64,000 nt of DNA from a virus. The DNA is taken from positions 21,431-85,430 of IMG/VR virus record IMGVR_UViG_3300043568_000598; one strand, written 5' to 3'. Under the pieces are notes generated by a model. That model did no database searches. It saw only the letters and a list, made by a program, of their open reading frames with translations, and had not been told where the DNA came from. Made by a program: the position numbers and the translations under genes. Positions 17,743 through 28,028 of this stretch are shown piece by piece. Positions within the stretch are counted from its first letter, which is position 1; each line of letters starts with the position of its first letter.

Positions 17743-20700
17743 ATGGCACTAACATCACCAGGCGTACAAGTTACGGTAATCGACGAGAGTTTTTATACAC
17801 CAGCAGAACCTGGTACGGTCCCTCTTATTGTCGTAGCAACAGCCCAAGATAAAACAAACGGAGCTGGCACTAACACAGCTTCAGCAACAACCAAAGCAAA
17901 TGCTGGCAAAGCATTTAAAGTTACCAGCCAAAGAGATCTTACCGATCTGTTTGGAGTTCCGTTCTTTGAGCAGACAGCGAGTTCAACTCCTATTCATGGC
18001 TCAGAGCGTAACGAGTATGGACTATTAGCAGCATACAGTTTATTAGGTGTAAGCAACGCGGCATTTATTGTTCGTGCTGATGTAGACTTAGACGAACTTG
18101 CAGCACAAGTAGATGCCCCGGGAGCGAGCCCAGTAAACGGCAAATGGTGGATCGATACGCAGGCTACAACTTGGGGTATCCAAGAGTGGAACAGTGCAGC
18201 CGCTACCACAGTAGGCGGACAGAAATTTACTAACAAAGTGCCATTGGTACTTACAGACGCAGATTTTCCAAGCAAAATAGAAACAACTAATGCTCCTAAA
18301 ACTTCAGTAGGACAAATTGGCGATTACGCAGTAGTGTTCCGCACAGTTGAAGGTGATACTTCCTACGGTACAGCAGAAGATCTTGCAAGAATCTACTACA
18401 AGTCTGCTGGTAACGGTGGACTTGGAGATAATGCTCTAAGTGGTACACCAGTTGATGCAGGCGATTGGGTATTATTAGGATCAAATGCGTGGAAGGCCAG
18501 CTGGCCAGTGGTGATCAGCTCTACCTATAGCGGCACACTCAGTGGCACATTGTTTATTAATAACACTTCTATCGTTGCTGGATCCTTAACCACAATTAAA
18601 GATAATATTATTGCAGCAAATATTCAAGGTGTAAATGCACAGGTCATTTCAAATAAACTTTATATATACGCAGACGGTAGAAGCGGGTCAACTGGTGATT
18701 CTGCAACTGCTATAGACGGTCGGGTTCAATTAGACAACGGAACAGCTTCATGGGCAACTATTGGTATCACAGCCGGTGAATATCTCAGCCCTAAGTTGCA
18801 ACAGACTCCGCACACAGATGTGCCGACCTTCAAGCGTGGTGATAACACTACTACTGTAGCAGGATATGCTACAGGTTCTGTATGGATTAAAACCACAGAA
18901 CCTAATCGAGGTGCTCGCTGGAGAGCCAAACAGTGGAGCTCTGCTACACAATCATGGGTAGCATCAGAGGCACCGATTTATGCATCCACAAACGCAGCCT
19001 TGTATTATTTGGATCGCAGTGGCGGTGGCGCAAACATTTCAGTAGACACATTGTTTGTACAAAGCAACGCACAAGAAAACAGCGGATTTGACACAACACC
19101 AGACACAGCTGAATTCCGTGTATGGTATAGAAACGTTGGTGCAGGTCAAGGCACCAGCATTACATCTAACATTGTCAAAAGTGGAACCTTTACCGCAGCA
19201 TCTACAAGAACATTTACATTGGCTGAAAGCATTGTAGGGCAGTTGGCATTAGATGCAGCTAAAACAATTACATTGAGCACAGCTACAGGAAATGCTCCTA
19301 CAGGCGACAACAGCGATGCAGACAAGTTTGCTGCTGCTATCAACGCAGCTGGCTTCACAAACATCGAAGCTTCTGTAGTAGCTGTAACAGCGACTCAGAG
19401 CAGATTGGTAATTACTCACAATGACGGCGGCGATTTTAGACTCACAGATGGCACAGGTACTCCTTTGTCAACTTTGTTCACAGCCTATAACATCAAGACT
19501 AGAGCAGGTACAGAAAACTTCTATAACATCTCATTGGGCAGTGGCGCAGTGGGAGCAGAAGATCTTGCTACAGGTGCTGCAGAAGACTACTTGGTATCTG
19601 GATATAAACCTCTAGCTGCAGATGATCCGAGATTTGCTGCCGGACCTGATGCACCATTAAATGAACCAGCTGATCAACAAATGTGGTACAATCCTAATTT
19701 TGCTGATGTAGATATCATGGTTCACAACGGCAACACATGGGTAGGATATAGATATGGTGCTCCAGGAGCTAATACAACATCATCACCTTATTACGAAGCT
19801 GCAACAGCTACTCTGAGAACAGGTTACTTGCCTATTGTTGCTGCCAGCAATCCATATGTGTCTGGTGTTACTACATCAGGCGATCTATGGATTAGCACAG
19901 CTGATTTGGAAAACTTCCCAACAATTTACAGATACAACAGCAACTTAACTGATATCGGCGATGCTACACTGCGTTGGGAATTAGTAGACAAAACAGATCA
20001 AACAACTGAAGAAGGTGTATTGTTTGCAGACGCTCGTTGGAATACTACAGGAACAAGTTCAAGTCAATCAACTATAGAAGACTTGATCACCAACAACTTC
20101 TTAGACCCAGATGCTCCAGATCCAGCACTGTATCCTAAAGGCATGTTGTTGTGGAATCTTAGACGCAGTGGCGGCAACGTCAAGCAGTATCAAAACAGCT
20201 ACATCGATACAGCCAGCGACAATCCAAGAACAAGCTCAGCGACACTGGCAGGATCAGCATTTCTTAGCGGTTCTGGTCTGAGCATGGAGACTTATTTCCC
20301 AGATCGTTGGGTTACTGCTTCAGGCAACAACGAAGACGGTTCGGGATCATTCGGTCGCAAGGCACAACGCAAAGTGGTTACACAGGCGTTGAAGTCAGTG
20401 ATTGACACAAGCCAAGAAATCCGCGATGAAGAACGCAGAAACTTCAATATTATAGCTTGCCCAGGATATCCAGAAACAATGAGCAACCTAGTTAATCTCA
20501 ACATTGACAGAGGTATTACTGCGTTTGTGGTAGGTGATACTCCATTGAGATTGCCAGCAGATGCTACTTCATTGAACAACTGGGGTACTAACGCAGAATT
20601 AGTCACAGACAACGGTGATGACGGTGTTGTGACCTATGATGAATACTTGGCCACATACTATCCAAATGGATTTACCACTGACCTAAGCGGTTCTAATGCA

Positions 20701-21288
20701 GTGGTTCCAGCAAGTCACATGATGCTGAAGACTATCGCACTCAGCGACAATGTCAGCTTCCCATGGTTTGCACCAGCAGGTACAAGACGTGGCGGTATTA
20801 CCAACGCCACAGCAGTAGGGTATATTGATGCAGCCACAGGTGAATTCCAAACAGTTGCATTGAACGAAGGTCAACGCGATACATTATACGAACTAAAAAT
20901 TAATCCAATTCCATTCTTTAACGGTGTTGGTTTAGTAGCATACGGTCAAAAGACCCGTGCAAGAAATGCATCAGCATTAGATCGTATCAACGTAGCACGT
21001 TTAGTAGTATACCTGCGTAGTCAGTTGAACAAGTTGGCTCGTCCATATCTGTTTGAACCCAATGACAAGATTACCAGAGACGAAATCAAACAAGCGGCAG
21101 AAAGCCTATTGTTAGAATTAGTAGGCTTGAGAGCAATTTACGACTTTGCGGTTGTGTGTGATGAAAGCAATAACACTCCGTCTCGTATCGATCGCAACGA
21201 ACTTTATGTTGATATCGCTATAGAGCCAGTGAAAGCCATTGAGTTCATTTACATTCCATTGCGTATCAAGAACACAGGAGAAATTTAA
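17743..21288 (+). CDS. Contractile tail sheath protein (gp18-like), 1181 aa with large insertions
   Basis: LTSPGVQVTVIDES, PWFAPAGTRRG, INPI, GQKT, LDRINVARL, FEPND, VCDESNNTP, IEPVKAIEFIYI. Confidence 0.95.
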   Translation: MALTSPGVQVTVIDESFYTPAEPGTVPLIVVATAQDKTNGAGTNTASATTKANAGKAFKVTSQRDLTDLFGVPFFEQTASSTPIHGSERNEYGLLAAYSLLGVSNAAFIVRADVDLDELAAQVDAPGASPVNGKWWIDTQATTWGIQEWNSAAATTVGGQKFTNKVPLVLTDADFPSKIETTNAPKTSVGQIGDYAVVFRTVEGDTSYGTAEDLARIYYKSAGNGGLGDNALSGTPVDAGDWVLLGSNAWKASWPVVISSTYSGTLSGTLFINNTSIVAGSLTTIKDNIIAANIQGVNAQVISNKLYIYADGRSGSTGDSATAIDGRVQLDNGTASWATIGITAGEYLSPKLQQTPHTDVPTFKRGDNTTTVAGYATGSVWIKTTEPNRGARWRAKQWSSATQSWVASEAPIYASTNAALYYLDRSGGGANISVDTLFVQSNAQENSGFDTTPDTAEFRVWYRNVGAGQGTSITSNIVKSGTFTAASTRTFTLAESIVGQLALDAAKTITLSTATGNAPTGDNSDADKFAAAINAAGFTNIEASVVAVTATQSRLVITHNDGGDFRLTDGTGTPLSTLFTAYNIKTRAGTENFYNISLGSGAVGAEDLATGAAEDYLVSGYKPLAADDPRFAAGPDAPLNEPADQQMWYNPNFADVDIMVHNGNTWVGYRYGAPGANTTSSPYYEAATATLRTGYLPIVAASNPYVSGVTTSGDLWISTADLENFPTIYRYNSNLTDIGDATLRWELVDKTDQTTEEGVLFADARWNTTGTSSSQSTIEDLITNNFLDPDAPDPALYPKGMLLWNLRRSGGNVKQYQNSYIDTASDNPRTSSATLAGSAFLSGSGLSMETYFPDRWVTASGNNEDGSGSFGRKAQRKVVTQALKSVIDTSQEIRDEERRNFNIIACPGYPETMSNLVNLNIDRGITAFVVGDTPLRLPADATSLNNWGTNAELVTDNGDDGVVTYDEYLATYYPNGFTTDLSGSNAVVPASHMMLKTIALSDNVSFPWFAPAGTRRGGITNATAVGYIDAATGEFQTVALNEGQRDTLYELKINPIPFFNGVGLVAYGQKTRARNASALDRINVARLVVYLRSQLNKLARPYLFEPNDKITRDEIKQAAESLLLELVGLRAIYDFAVVCDESNNTPSRIDRNELYVDIAIEPVKAIEFIYIPLRIKNTGEI

Positions 21289-21290
21289 AA

Positions 21291-21941
21291 ATGGCAATTA
21301 CATCGCTTAACAACATTGGTATTCCAACTACCAACGCAGCTGGCAGCACTCAAGTGCTGTTGATGCCAAAGTTAAAATATCGCTTTAGAGTTACACTGTT
21401 AGGATTTGGAGTTGCCGCAGCTACTGAACTTACTAAACAGGTACAAGATGTTACAAGACCTAAAGTGTCGTTTGAAGAAATGACACTGGACGTCTACAAC
21501 TCAAAAGTTAAATTAGCTGGCAAATACACACTTGAAAACGTTACACTGACATTGCGTGACGATGCCAGTGGACAAGTGCAGAAATTAGTTGGCCAACAGA
21601 TTCAGAAGCAGTATGACTTTATGGAACAGGCTTCTGCACGTTCAGGTATTGACTACAAATTTACCACACGTATCGAAGTGCTTGACGGCGGTAATGGTGC
21701 TCTAGTACCAACCACCTTAGAAACATTTGAACTATATGGTTGTTTTGTGCAGAATGCAGACTACGGTGATGCAAACTACAGTACCAACGAGCACATGACA
21801 GTGGCACTGACTATTGCCTACGATAACCTATCACAGTTCGCAGCTGGTACAACAGCAGTGAGCCCAATAGGCGGTATTGGAGCAGCAGTAGGAAGAACTA
21901 TTGGTGCTGCTACTACAGGTGCGTCTACAGCCCAGGGATAA
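21291..21941 (+). CDS. Tail tube protein (gp19-like)
   Basis: PKLKYRFRV, VTRPKV, LAGK, ELYGCF, LTIAYDN; directly after sheath. Confidence 0.88.
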   Translation: MAITSLNNIGIPTTNAAGSTQVLLMPKLKYRFRVTLLGFGVAAATELTKQVQDVTRPKVSFEEMTLDVYNSKVKLAGKYTLENVTLTLRDDASGQVQKLVGQQIQKQYDFMEQASARSGIDYKFTTRIEVLDGGNGALVPTTLETFELYGCFVQNADYGDANYSTNEHMTVALTIAYDNLSQFAAGTTAVSPIGGIGAAVGRTIGAATTGASTAQG

Positions 21942-21956
21942 TAGTAATATTAACTC

Positions 21957-21987
21957 AAAAAGCCCGACTAAAAATCGGGCTTTTTTT
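21957..21987 (+). terminator. Rho-independent terminator
   Basis: aaaaagcccga-ctaaaaa-tcgggc-ttttttt. Confidence 0.85.
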
Positions 21988-22004
21988 GTGGCATAAATAT
22001 TTGT

Positions 22005-23102
22005 ATGGCAAATAAATTCACGAGATATCTATCAGAGTTCGGTTCAGGCTTGATCGAAGGCGTAACCAAGCCCAAGGGTCAACAGAGTAACTATCGTCAT
22101 GCCACGAGATTATTTGTTGATAACAATCTTAGACTCAGTCCTAAGACCAAGTTTCTTTACTATGTTCAGTTTGAAATAGACAACACAGTAAGAGGCATGA
22201 GTGCATTCACCGCCAAGCATGCCAACGAAGCTGGACTGTTAGTAAAGAGTGCAGACTTACCAAAATTTAATTTTGATTCAGTGGTAAAAAATCAATACAA
22301 TCGCAAAAAGATAGTTTATAAACAGATCAACTACGAACCTGTAAACATCAACATGCACGACGACAGCAATGCTGTGATCAATGCCATGTGGGCCTTGTAT
22401 TACGGTTATTATATTGCAGATCGTCACAATCCGGATGCAGCCTTCAAGCCCAATCATCTTAGAAAGACTGGTACACAAATTGACAATTTTAGATATGGCT
22501 TAGACAACGACAAGAAAGAAGCAGACTTCTTTAAATCGGTAACTATCTATACCATGAGTCGTAGACGATTTGTTGGATATACTTTGGTAAATCCCAGAAT
22601 CAAGACTTGGAATCACGGGGGCATGGACTATGGAGCCAGTGAATTCAATGAAAGCCAAATGACGTTAGAGTACGAGGCTGTGAGATATACCACTGGCAAT
22701 GTAAGTGTTGGTACACCTAAAGGATTTGCCACATTACACTATGACACTGTGCCAAGTCCATTAAGTGTGGCAGGCGGTGGCGTTGCCACACTTACAGGCG
22801 AAGGCGGAGTTTTAGATGGCCTGGAGCAGATTTTCGGTGACATTGGGTCAGGCGGTGCTTTCAGCACTCCTGGAGGATTCATTGGTACATTAGCCAAGTC
22901 CATAAACACCTACAAGAATTTTAAGAGCCTAAGCAAAGAGCAGTTGGCCAGTGAAGCAATTGGCATCCTTAGCAATCCTGGAAATATCACAGCGGCAGCA
23001 CAGAGTATAGGCGGGGTAGTAGGTGCTATCTTTCCCAAGAGCGCCAGCACAGAAACTACAACCAGCGCCAGCCAACGGAACGTGGTAGGAGGTCCAGATT
23101 AA
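22005..23102 (+). CDS. Tube-like baseplate/tube initiator protein (gp48/gp54-like)
   Basis: LVKSADLPKF, NQYNRK, YEPVNI.MHDD, LVNP.I..W, MTLEYE; Gly-rich tail. Confidence 0.65.
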   Translation: MANKFTRYLSEFGSGLIEGVTKPKGQQSNYRHATRLFVDNNLRLSPKTKFLYYVQFEIDNTVRGMSAFTAKHANEAGLLVKSADLPKFNFDSVVKNQYNRKKIVYKQINYEPVNINMHDDSNAVINAMWALYYGYYIADRHNPDAAFKPNHLRKTGTQIDNFRYGLDNDKKEADFFKSVTIYTMSRRRFVGYTLVNPRIKTWNHGGMDYGASEFNESQMTLEYEAVRYTTGNVSVGTPKGFATLHYDTVPSPLSVAGGGVATLTGEGGVLDGLEQIFGDIGSGGAFSTPGGFIGTLAKSINTYKNFKSLSKEQLASEAIGILSNPGNITAAAQSIGGVVGAIFPKSASTETTTSASQRNVVGGPD

Positions 23103-23105
23103 TCT

Positions 23106-23471
23106 ATGACTACTAATTTACCAGCACAACCTATAGAAGACAGTGCAGCTACTACTAAATTATACTTTGAAAACTACGGTGAGGCAGCATTAGAGTTTCC
23201 TTCCAATGATGTCACAGCCGCAGTGAGTTTTTTCCAGCAGGCCGGGTTTGATCTCGATGCTGCTTCGACCTGTGCAGCCGTAATCCTAAGACAGGCCAAG
23301 ATTGACAGCACACCTATCTTTGAAATACTCGATACGTTGAAAAGTTTCTCCAGAGTTTCGTTAGGGCAGATCGTGGCAGAGATACTCAACAACAATCGTG
23401 TGTCCACATCTATATTAGGCTACAGAACCACTGATATAAAGCCTAACCAAACAAGAAACATAGCTGCCTAA
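23106..23471 (+). CDS. Hypothetical virion-associated protein
   Basis: 121 aa, tightly packed in the structural operon. Confidence 0.7.
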   Translation: MTTNLPAQPIEDSAATTKLYFENYGEAALEFPSNDVTAAVSFFQQAGFDLDAASTCAAVILRQAKIDSTPIFEILDTLKSFSRVSLGQIVAEILNNNRVSTSILGYRTTDIKPNQTRNIAA

Positions 23472-23911
23472 TGTCTAAATTCGCACAGGGACGATTTGAA
23501 ATGAAAAACCCTGCCAAATATGTAGGGAAGAAAACTCCATTGGCTCGTAGTTCGTGGGAATTTGTGTTTATGCGTATGTTAGATGAGCATCAAGGTGTGG
23601 AAAATTGGGCCAGCGAAAGTATACAAATCCCATACCGAGACCCTATGACTGGCAAATACACAATATATGTGCCTGATTTCTTTGTGGTCTACAAAGACAA
23701 AACTGGCAAGAAACATGCAGAAGTGGTAGAGGTCAAACCGCAGAGTCAAACCCTAAGAGAATCAGTGGGCAAAAGCAGATACAATCAAGAGCAGTATATT
23801 AAAAACATGGCCAAATGGGAAGCTGCCACAGCTTGGTGTAAACAGCAAGGTATTAGGTTTAGAGTGGTCAATGAAGGGGATATTTTCCATCAAGGCACCA
23901 AACGCAGATAA
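23471..23911 (+). CDS. Head completion nuclease (T4 gp4-like, TnsA-N fold)
   Basis: KNPAKYVG, RSSWE, WASE...IPY, YVPDF, EVKP, N.AKW.AA. Confidence 0.9.
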   Translation: MSKFAQGRFEMKNPAKYVGKKTPLARSSWEFVFMRMLDEHQGVENWASESIQIPYRDPMTGKYTIYVPDFFVVYKDKTGKKHAEVVEVKPQSQTLRESVGKSRYNQEQYIKNMAKWEAATAWCKQQGIRFRVVNEGDIFHQGTKRR

Positions 23912-23918
23912 GTATGAT

Positions 23919-24389
23919 ATGACTAAAAAATTAGAAGAACTATTTGATTTAGAATCTCAGCCCGAGCCTGCACTACCACCTCCGCCTGTACATGAAGAAA
24001 TCAATAGTCTTGAAGATCAGTTTCAAGCGGTACAAAAGATAGTACAAACACTGCCGCATATACAAGAACTGGATAATCTTGATGAGCAAGAACTGGATAA
24101 TTTGGCAAAAAAAGCAGAACAGGCCTACGATGATCTCATGGATTTGGGCATGAACGTAGAAGTGAGATATTCGGGTAGGATTTTTGAAGTAGCCAGCTCA
24201 ATGATGGGCAACGCTATTACTGCCAAAAGCAACAAGATAGAAAAGAAACTCAAAGCTGTGGATCTACAGCTGAAAAAACTTAAAATAGACAACGATGCTG
24301 GAGTAGATCCCAACAATGTAATAAACGGGCAGGGCTATGTGATTACAGATCGCAATGAGCTGCTGAAAAAATTAAGCGGAAAAGCATAA
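23919..24389 (+). CDS. Putative terminase small subunit (gp16-like)
   Basis: Helical; RIFEVA...M, coiled coil, DRNELLKKL end; start re-assigned to ATG 23919. Confidence 0.55.
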   Translation: MTKKLEELFDLESQPEPALPPPPVHEEINSLEDQFQAVQKIVQTLPHIQELDNLDEQELDNLAKKAEQAYDDLMDLGMNVEVRYSGRIFEVASSMMGNAITAKSNKIEKKLKAVDLQLKKLKIDNDAGVDPNNVINGQGYVITDRNELLKKLSGKA

Positions 24390-24397
24390 ATACTCAT

Positions 24398-24994
24398 ATG
24401 AAAACTTTTAAAGAATATCTCGTCGAAAACAAAAAAATCTACAGCTTCAAGATCAAAGTTGCAGGCGATGTTCCTGAAAAATTCCAAGAAGCTCTTAAAT
24501 CGCGCTTGGACAGCTGCAAGGTTATGACATTTGAAAAACTGTCAACTACACCCATACAGAAATTGCCACTGGATTTTCCGGGCAAAGAAAACATGCAGGT
24601 TACCATATATGAAGTAATTTGCGAATATCCTATTACTCCACCAGAAATAGAAACACACGTTAAAGCTATAGGCATAGACGAAGATTGTTTCCGTGTAAGA
24701 AACAGCGGTGAGCCTACAGAAGTAGATCAAGTGTTGATGGACAACGAACCCAGTGGCGAAGCTATGTTAGACGAACAAGACATGGACAAAGGCACAGGAA
24801 AAATCAAACACAAAGATTACTTCGGTGATGATTTCAACAAAGGGTTTCTAAAAGATTTAAGCAAAACAGCCAAGCAGAGAACCAAAGACGGGTTCGCTGC
24901 TGAATATAAAATACCCAAGCAAAAAATAGACAAAGCCGGATCTATGAGTCCAATGTCAAATGCTGGCAAACCAGATCCACGCAAAGGAAATTAA
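24398..24994 (+). CDS. Putative head-internal protein with capsid-targeting-like N-terminus
   Basis: Begins MKTFKEYLVE, like the T4 internal-protein signal MKTYQEFIAE. Confidence 0.6.
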   Translation: MKTFKEYLVENKKIYSFKIKVAGDVPEKFQEALKSRLDSCKVMTFEKLSTTPIQKLPLDFPGKENMQVTIYEVICEYPITPPEIETHVKAIGIDEDCFRVRNSGEPTEVDQVLMDNEPSGEAMLDEQDMDKGTGKIKHKDYFGDDFNKGFLKDLSKTAKQRTKDGFAAEYKIPKQKIDKAGSMSPMSNAGKPDPRKGN

Positions 24995-24996
24995 CT

Positions 24997-25728
24997 ATGA
25001 ACTTTCAAGAACTATTGGCCAAGATGCAGGAGTTAGACAGGCCCGCCACAGAAGCCTGCGGTGACTCACCTATGCCAATGGGCATGCCTAGCATGCCACC
25101 GATGTCAGCAAAACCAGACACTCCACCACCGAGCATGAGTTTAAATCTCAATGCACAAGGCATGGACAACATCGAAGAACTAATGAAGCTGATGACCAAA
25201 GTTAATCCAGATATGATTAACCAACCAGCACCGATGAGCTCTATCAGCATCGAGCCTATGGACAAGCCCATGGGCGGACTACCTCCATTAAAGATGCTGC
25301 CAGACATGGACTCAAAGCCACACAGCGAGCCAGATGCAGATAACATGGGCGGTCCGAGCGACATGGATGCAGACAATATGCCGCCAATGGGCGACTTAGA
25401 TCGCGATGACGGCGATGATGTAACCAAAGACATGGGCGACATTGACGGTGATGGAGATCATGACATGGATGATCACGATGCTGAAAAGAAAGAAAAAGAT
25501 GAAGCATTTGGTAATTCACTGAACGGTTCAGAGCCAGAGTACGCAGGCGTTGACGCTGCTATTCCAGACGGTGATGATCTAAACAAGCCTAAGAAAAGCT
25601 TCAGCGGTAAACCATATCGCGGTGACAACCCTATGGCCGCAGGCGCTTACGAAAGCAAAGAACAACTACGTGCCAGTATACGAGAAGAACTACTTCAGAG
25701 ATTGGCAGAAGCTAAAGGAGCGAAATAA
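24997..25728 (+). CDS. Met/Pro/Asp-rich low-complexity protein, putative head-internal/scaffold
   Basis: AAAGGA Shine-Dalgarno; DLDRDDGDD and DIDGDGDHDMDD segments; helical C-terminus. Confidence 0.65.
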   Translation: MNFQELLAKMQELDRPATEACGDSPMPMGMPSMPPMSAKPDTPPPSMSLNLNAQGMDNIEELMKLMTKVNPDMINQPAPMSSISIEPMDKPMGGLPPLKMLPDMDSKPHSEPDADNMGGPSDMDADNMPPMGDLDRDDGDDVTKDMGDIDGDGDHDMDDHDAEKKEKDEAFGNSLNGSEPEYAGVDAAIPDGDDLNKPKKSFSGKPYRGDNPMAAGAYESKEQLRASIREELLQRLAEAKGAK

Positions 25729-26372
25729 TGTCAGGATTTAAAATTTCATCTGAGTCACTAAGACCAGAATTTTATCAAGTGGTAATTACACTAACTGGTG
25801 GTGCAGGAACATACCCTACAGCAGACGGCAACGACAACGGAGCAGTATGCCCACAAGATCACAGCGCATTTGCAACAAAGCCAGCTACATTGGCAATTGG
25901 CCGTCGTGTGGCTAGGGGTCATCAACGTTTCTTAGCCATTGTTGAAAATCTACAAAAATACGCTGACGCACAAATTCAAGACGTGCAGTTTACCAGTGCT
26001 GGCGTAACAGTAGCAGCCAATCAAGCAACCGCAGTTACATTTACGGTGCGATATGACCGTGCAGGTGCAGCAGGTGCCGGCACATCAGACGGTGTATTAG
26101 GCGGAACAAGAGCAGAAATCGGAACACCTTTTGAATTTACCGCTACTACAGATGGTACTATTACTGTGGATTCGACTGCTAAGGCATTGAGATATCAAGT
26201 TGGCCAAGCCATTGGCAGAACCAACTATGTTAAGAGTATGAGAGTATTTGATGGCGGTCAAGGTGCTGAAATACAAGAATCATTAACTGTTACATTGCCC
26301 GACACGCTTGCAGACATTTACAAAGACGTAGCTGTAACCCTAGTCGATGCAGCAGAAACCATCGATAGTTAA
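25728..26372 (+). CDS. Hypothetical structural protein
   Basis: AAAGGAG Shine-Dalgarno; Ala/Gly/Thr-rich; followed by a terminator. Confidence 0.7.
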   Translation: MSGFKISSESLRPEFYQVVITLTGGAGTYPTADGNDNGAVCPQDHSAFATKPATLAIGRRVARGHQRFLAIVENLQKYADAQIQDVQFTSAGVTVAANQATAVTFTVRYDRAGAAGAGTSDGVLGGTRAEIGTPFEFTATTDGTITVDSTAKALRYQVGQAIGRTNYVKSMRVFDGGQGAEIQESLTVTLPDTLADIYKDVAVTLVDAAETIDS

Positions 26373-26388
26373 TACAAACTAACAAACC

Positions 26389-26416
26389 AAATAGGCTCTC
26401 CGGAGCCTATTTTTTT
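26389..26416 (+). terminator. Rho-independent terminator
   Basis: aaataggctc-tccg-gagcctatttttttt. Confidence 0.85.
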
Positions 26417-26430
26417 CATTAAATAAACAT

Positions 26431-28017
26431 ATGTCAAAATCCTTAGACGGCAATCTAATCAAGAAAGCCCATGCACCGATACGCTATAATCTAGAAGAAG
26501 TCAAGCACCTAGAAGCCTGTATGGATCCAGTTACTGGACCTTTATACTTTGCCAAAAACTTTATCAAGATACAACATCCTACTAGAGGATCAATACCGTT
26601 TGAGCCCTACGGGTTTCAAGAACTACTGATTGACGCATACCATACCAACAAAGAATGCATAGCCATGTTGCCACGTCAGATGGGCAAGACCACCTGCGCA
26701 GTAGCATACCTATTATGGTATACTCAGTTCATGCCAGACGTACAGGTATTGATCGCTGCACACAAGTACGAAGGTGCTCGAGACATCATGGATCGTTATC
26801 GATATGCTTATGAAAATTTACCCGATTTTATCCGTGCTGGAGTATATTCGTATAACAGAAACACCATCGAATACGATAATGGATCACGCATACAAGCAAC
26901 TACCACAACTGAAAACACAGGTCGTGGCAAATCTCTTTCGCTAATATACTGCGACGAGTTTGCATTCGTACAACCACCAGAGAAAGCCAAAGAGTTCTGG
27001 ACAGCATTATCACCAACATTAGCCACAGGTGGTAAAGCTATTATTACATCAACACCTAACTCAGACGAAGATCAATTCGCCATGATTTGGTTAGAAGCCA
27101 ACAAGCGATTTGACGACTTTGGCAATGAAACTAAATTAGGTGTCAACGGTTTCTTCCCCTTCTTTGCACCGTGGCAAGAACACCCAGACCGTGACGACGA
27201 GTGGGCTAGATTAGAACGTGCTAAGATTGGCGAAGAACGATTCCGTAGAGAGTTTGAATGCGAGTTCTTGATCTATGACGAAACTCTAATCAACTCTGTG
27301 AAGTTAGTTGAACTTGCAGGATCGGACCCTATGATGAACATGGGGCAGACTCGTTGGTATAAAGAAATAAATCCCAGAGCCACATATCTAATAGCTCTAG
27401 ACCCTAGCTTGGGCACAGGTGGAGACTACGGGGCTATACAGGTCTATGAAATGCCTGAAATGGTGCAGGTAGCAGAATGGCATCACAATACCACTCCTGT
27501 GCAGCAACAGGTCAGAGTGTTGAGAGAAATACTAAAATACATCTATGAAAGAGGTGAAGAACAGGGCGGTGCACCTATTATGTATTACAGTGTTGAAAAC
27601 AATACCATAGGTGAATCTGCCCTAATAGTGATCAACGACATAGGTGAAGAAAACTTTCATGGATTGTTCCTTTCAGAGCCCATCCGCAAAGGACACATTC
27701 GCAAGTTCCGTAAAGGATTCAACACCACACATAGAAGTAAAATATCTGCTTGCAGCCAGCTAAAGAACATGATTGAAAATCATAAAATGACCATCCACAG
27801 CAAGCCCTTGATATCCGAGCTGAAAACATACATTGCTTCGGGACTAGGGTTTAAAGCCAAGAGCGGAGAACACGACGATCTAGTCAGTTCAACACTGCTG
27901 ATCATGCGCATGGCAGATGTGTTAGCAGACTGGGATCCACAGATCTACGACAAAATGACGGAAAAAATCACTGATGAATCTATGCCTATGCCGATCTTTG
28001 TAAGCATGGGCCTTTGA
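26431..28017 (+). CDS. Terminase large subunit (gp17-like)
   Basis: PRQMGKTT Walker A, GRG, YCDEFAF Walker B, ITSTPN, LDPSLG.GGD, HDDLV. Confidence 0.95.
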   Translation: MSKSLDGNLIKKAHAPIRYNLEEVKHLEACMDPVTGPLYFAKNFIKIQHPTRGSIPFEPYGFQELLIDAYHTNKECIAMLPRQMGKTTCAVAYLLWYTQFMPDVQVLIAAHKYEGARDIMDRYRYAYENLPDFIRAGVYSYNRNTIEYDNGSRIQATTTTENTGRGKSLSLIYCDEFAFVQPPEKAKEFWTALSPTLATGGKAIITSTPNSDEDQFAMIWLEANKRFDDFGNETKLGVNGFFPFFAPWQEHPDRDDEWARLERAKIGEERFRREFECEFLIYDETLINSVKLVELAGSDPMMNMGQTRWYKEINPRATYLIALDPSLGTGGDYGAIQVYEMPEMVQVAEWHHNTTPVQQQVRVLREILKYIYERGEEQGGAPIMYYSVENNTIGESALIVINDIGEENFHGLFLSEPIRKGHIRKFRKGFNTTHRSKISACSQLKNMIENHKMTIHSKPLISELKTYIASGLGFKAKSGEHDDLVSSTLLIMRMADVLADWDPQIYDKMTEKITDESMPMPIFVSMGL

Positions 28018-28028
28018 TAAATATACTT

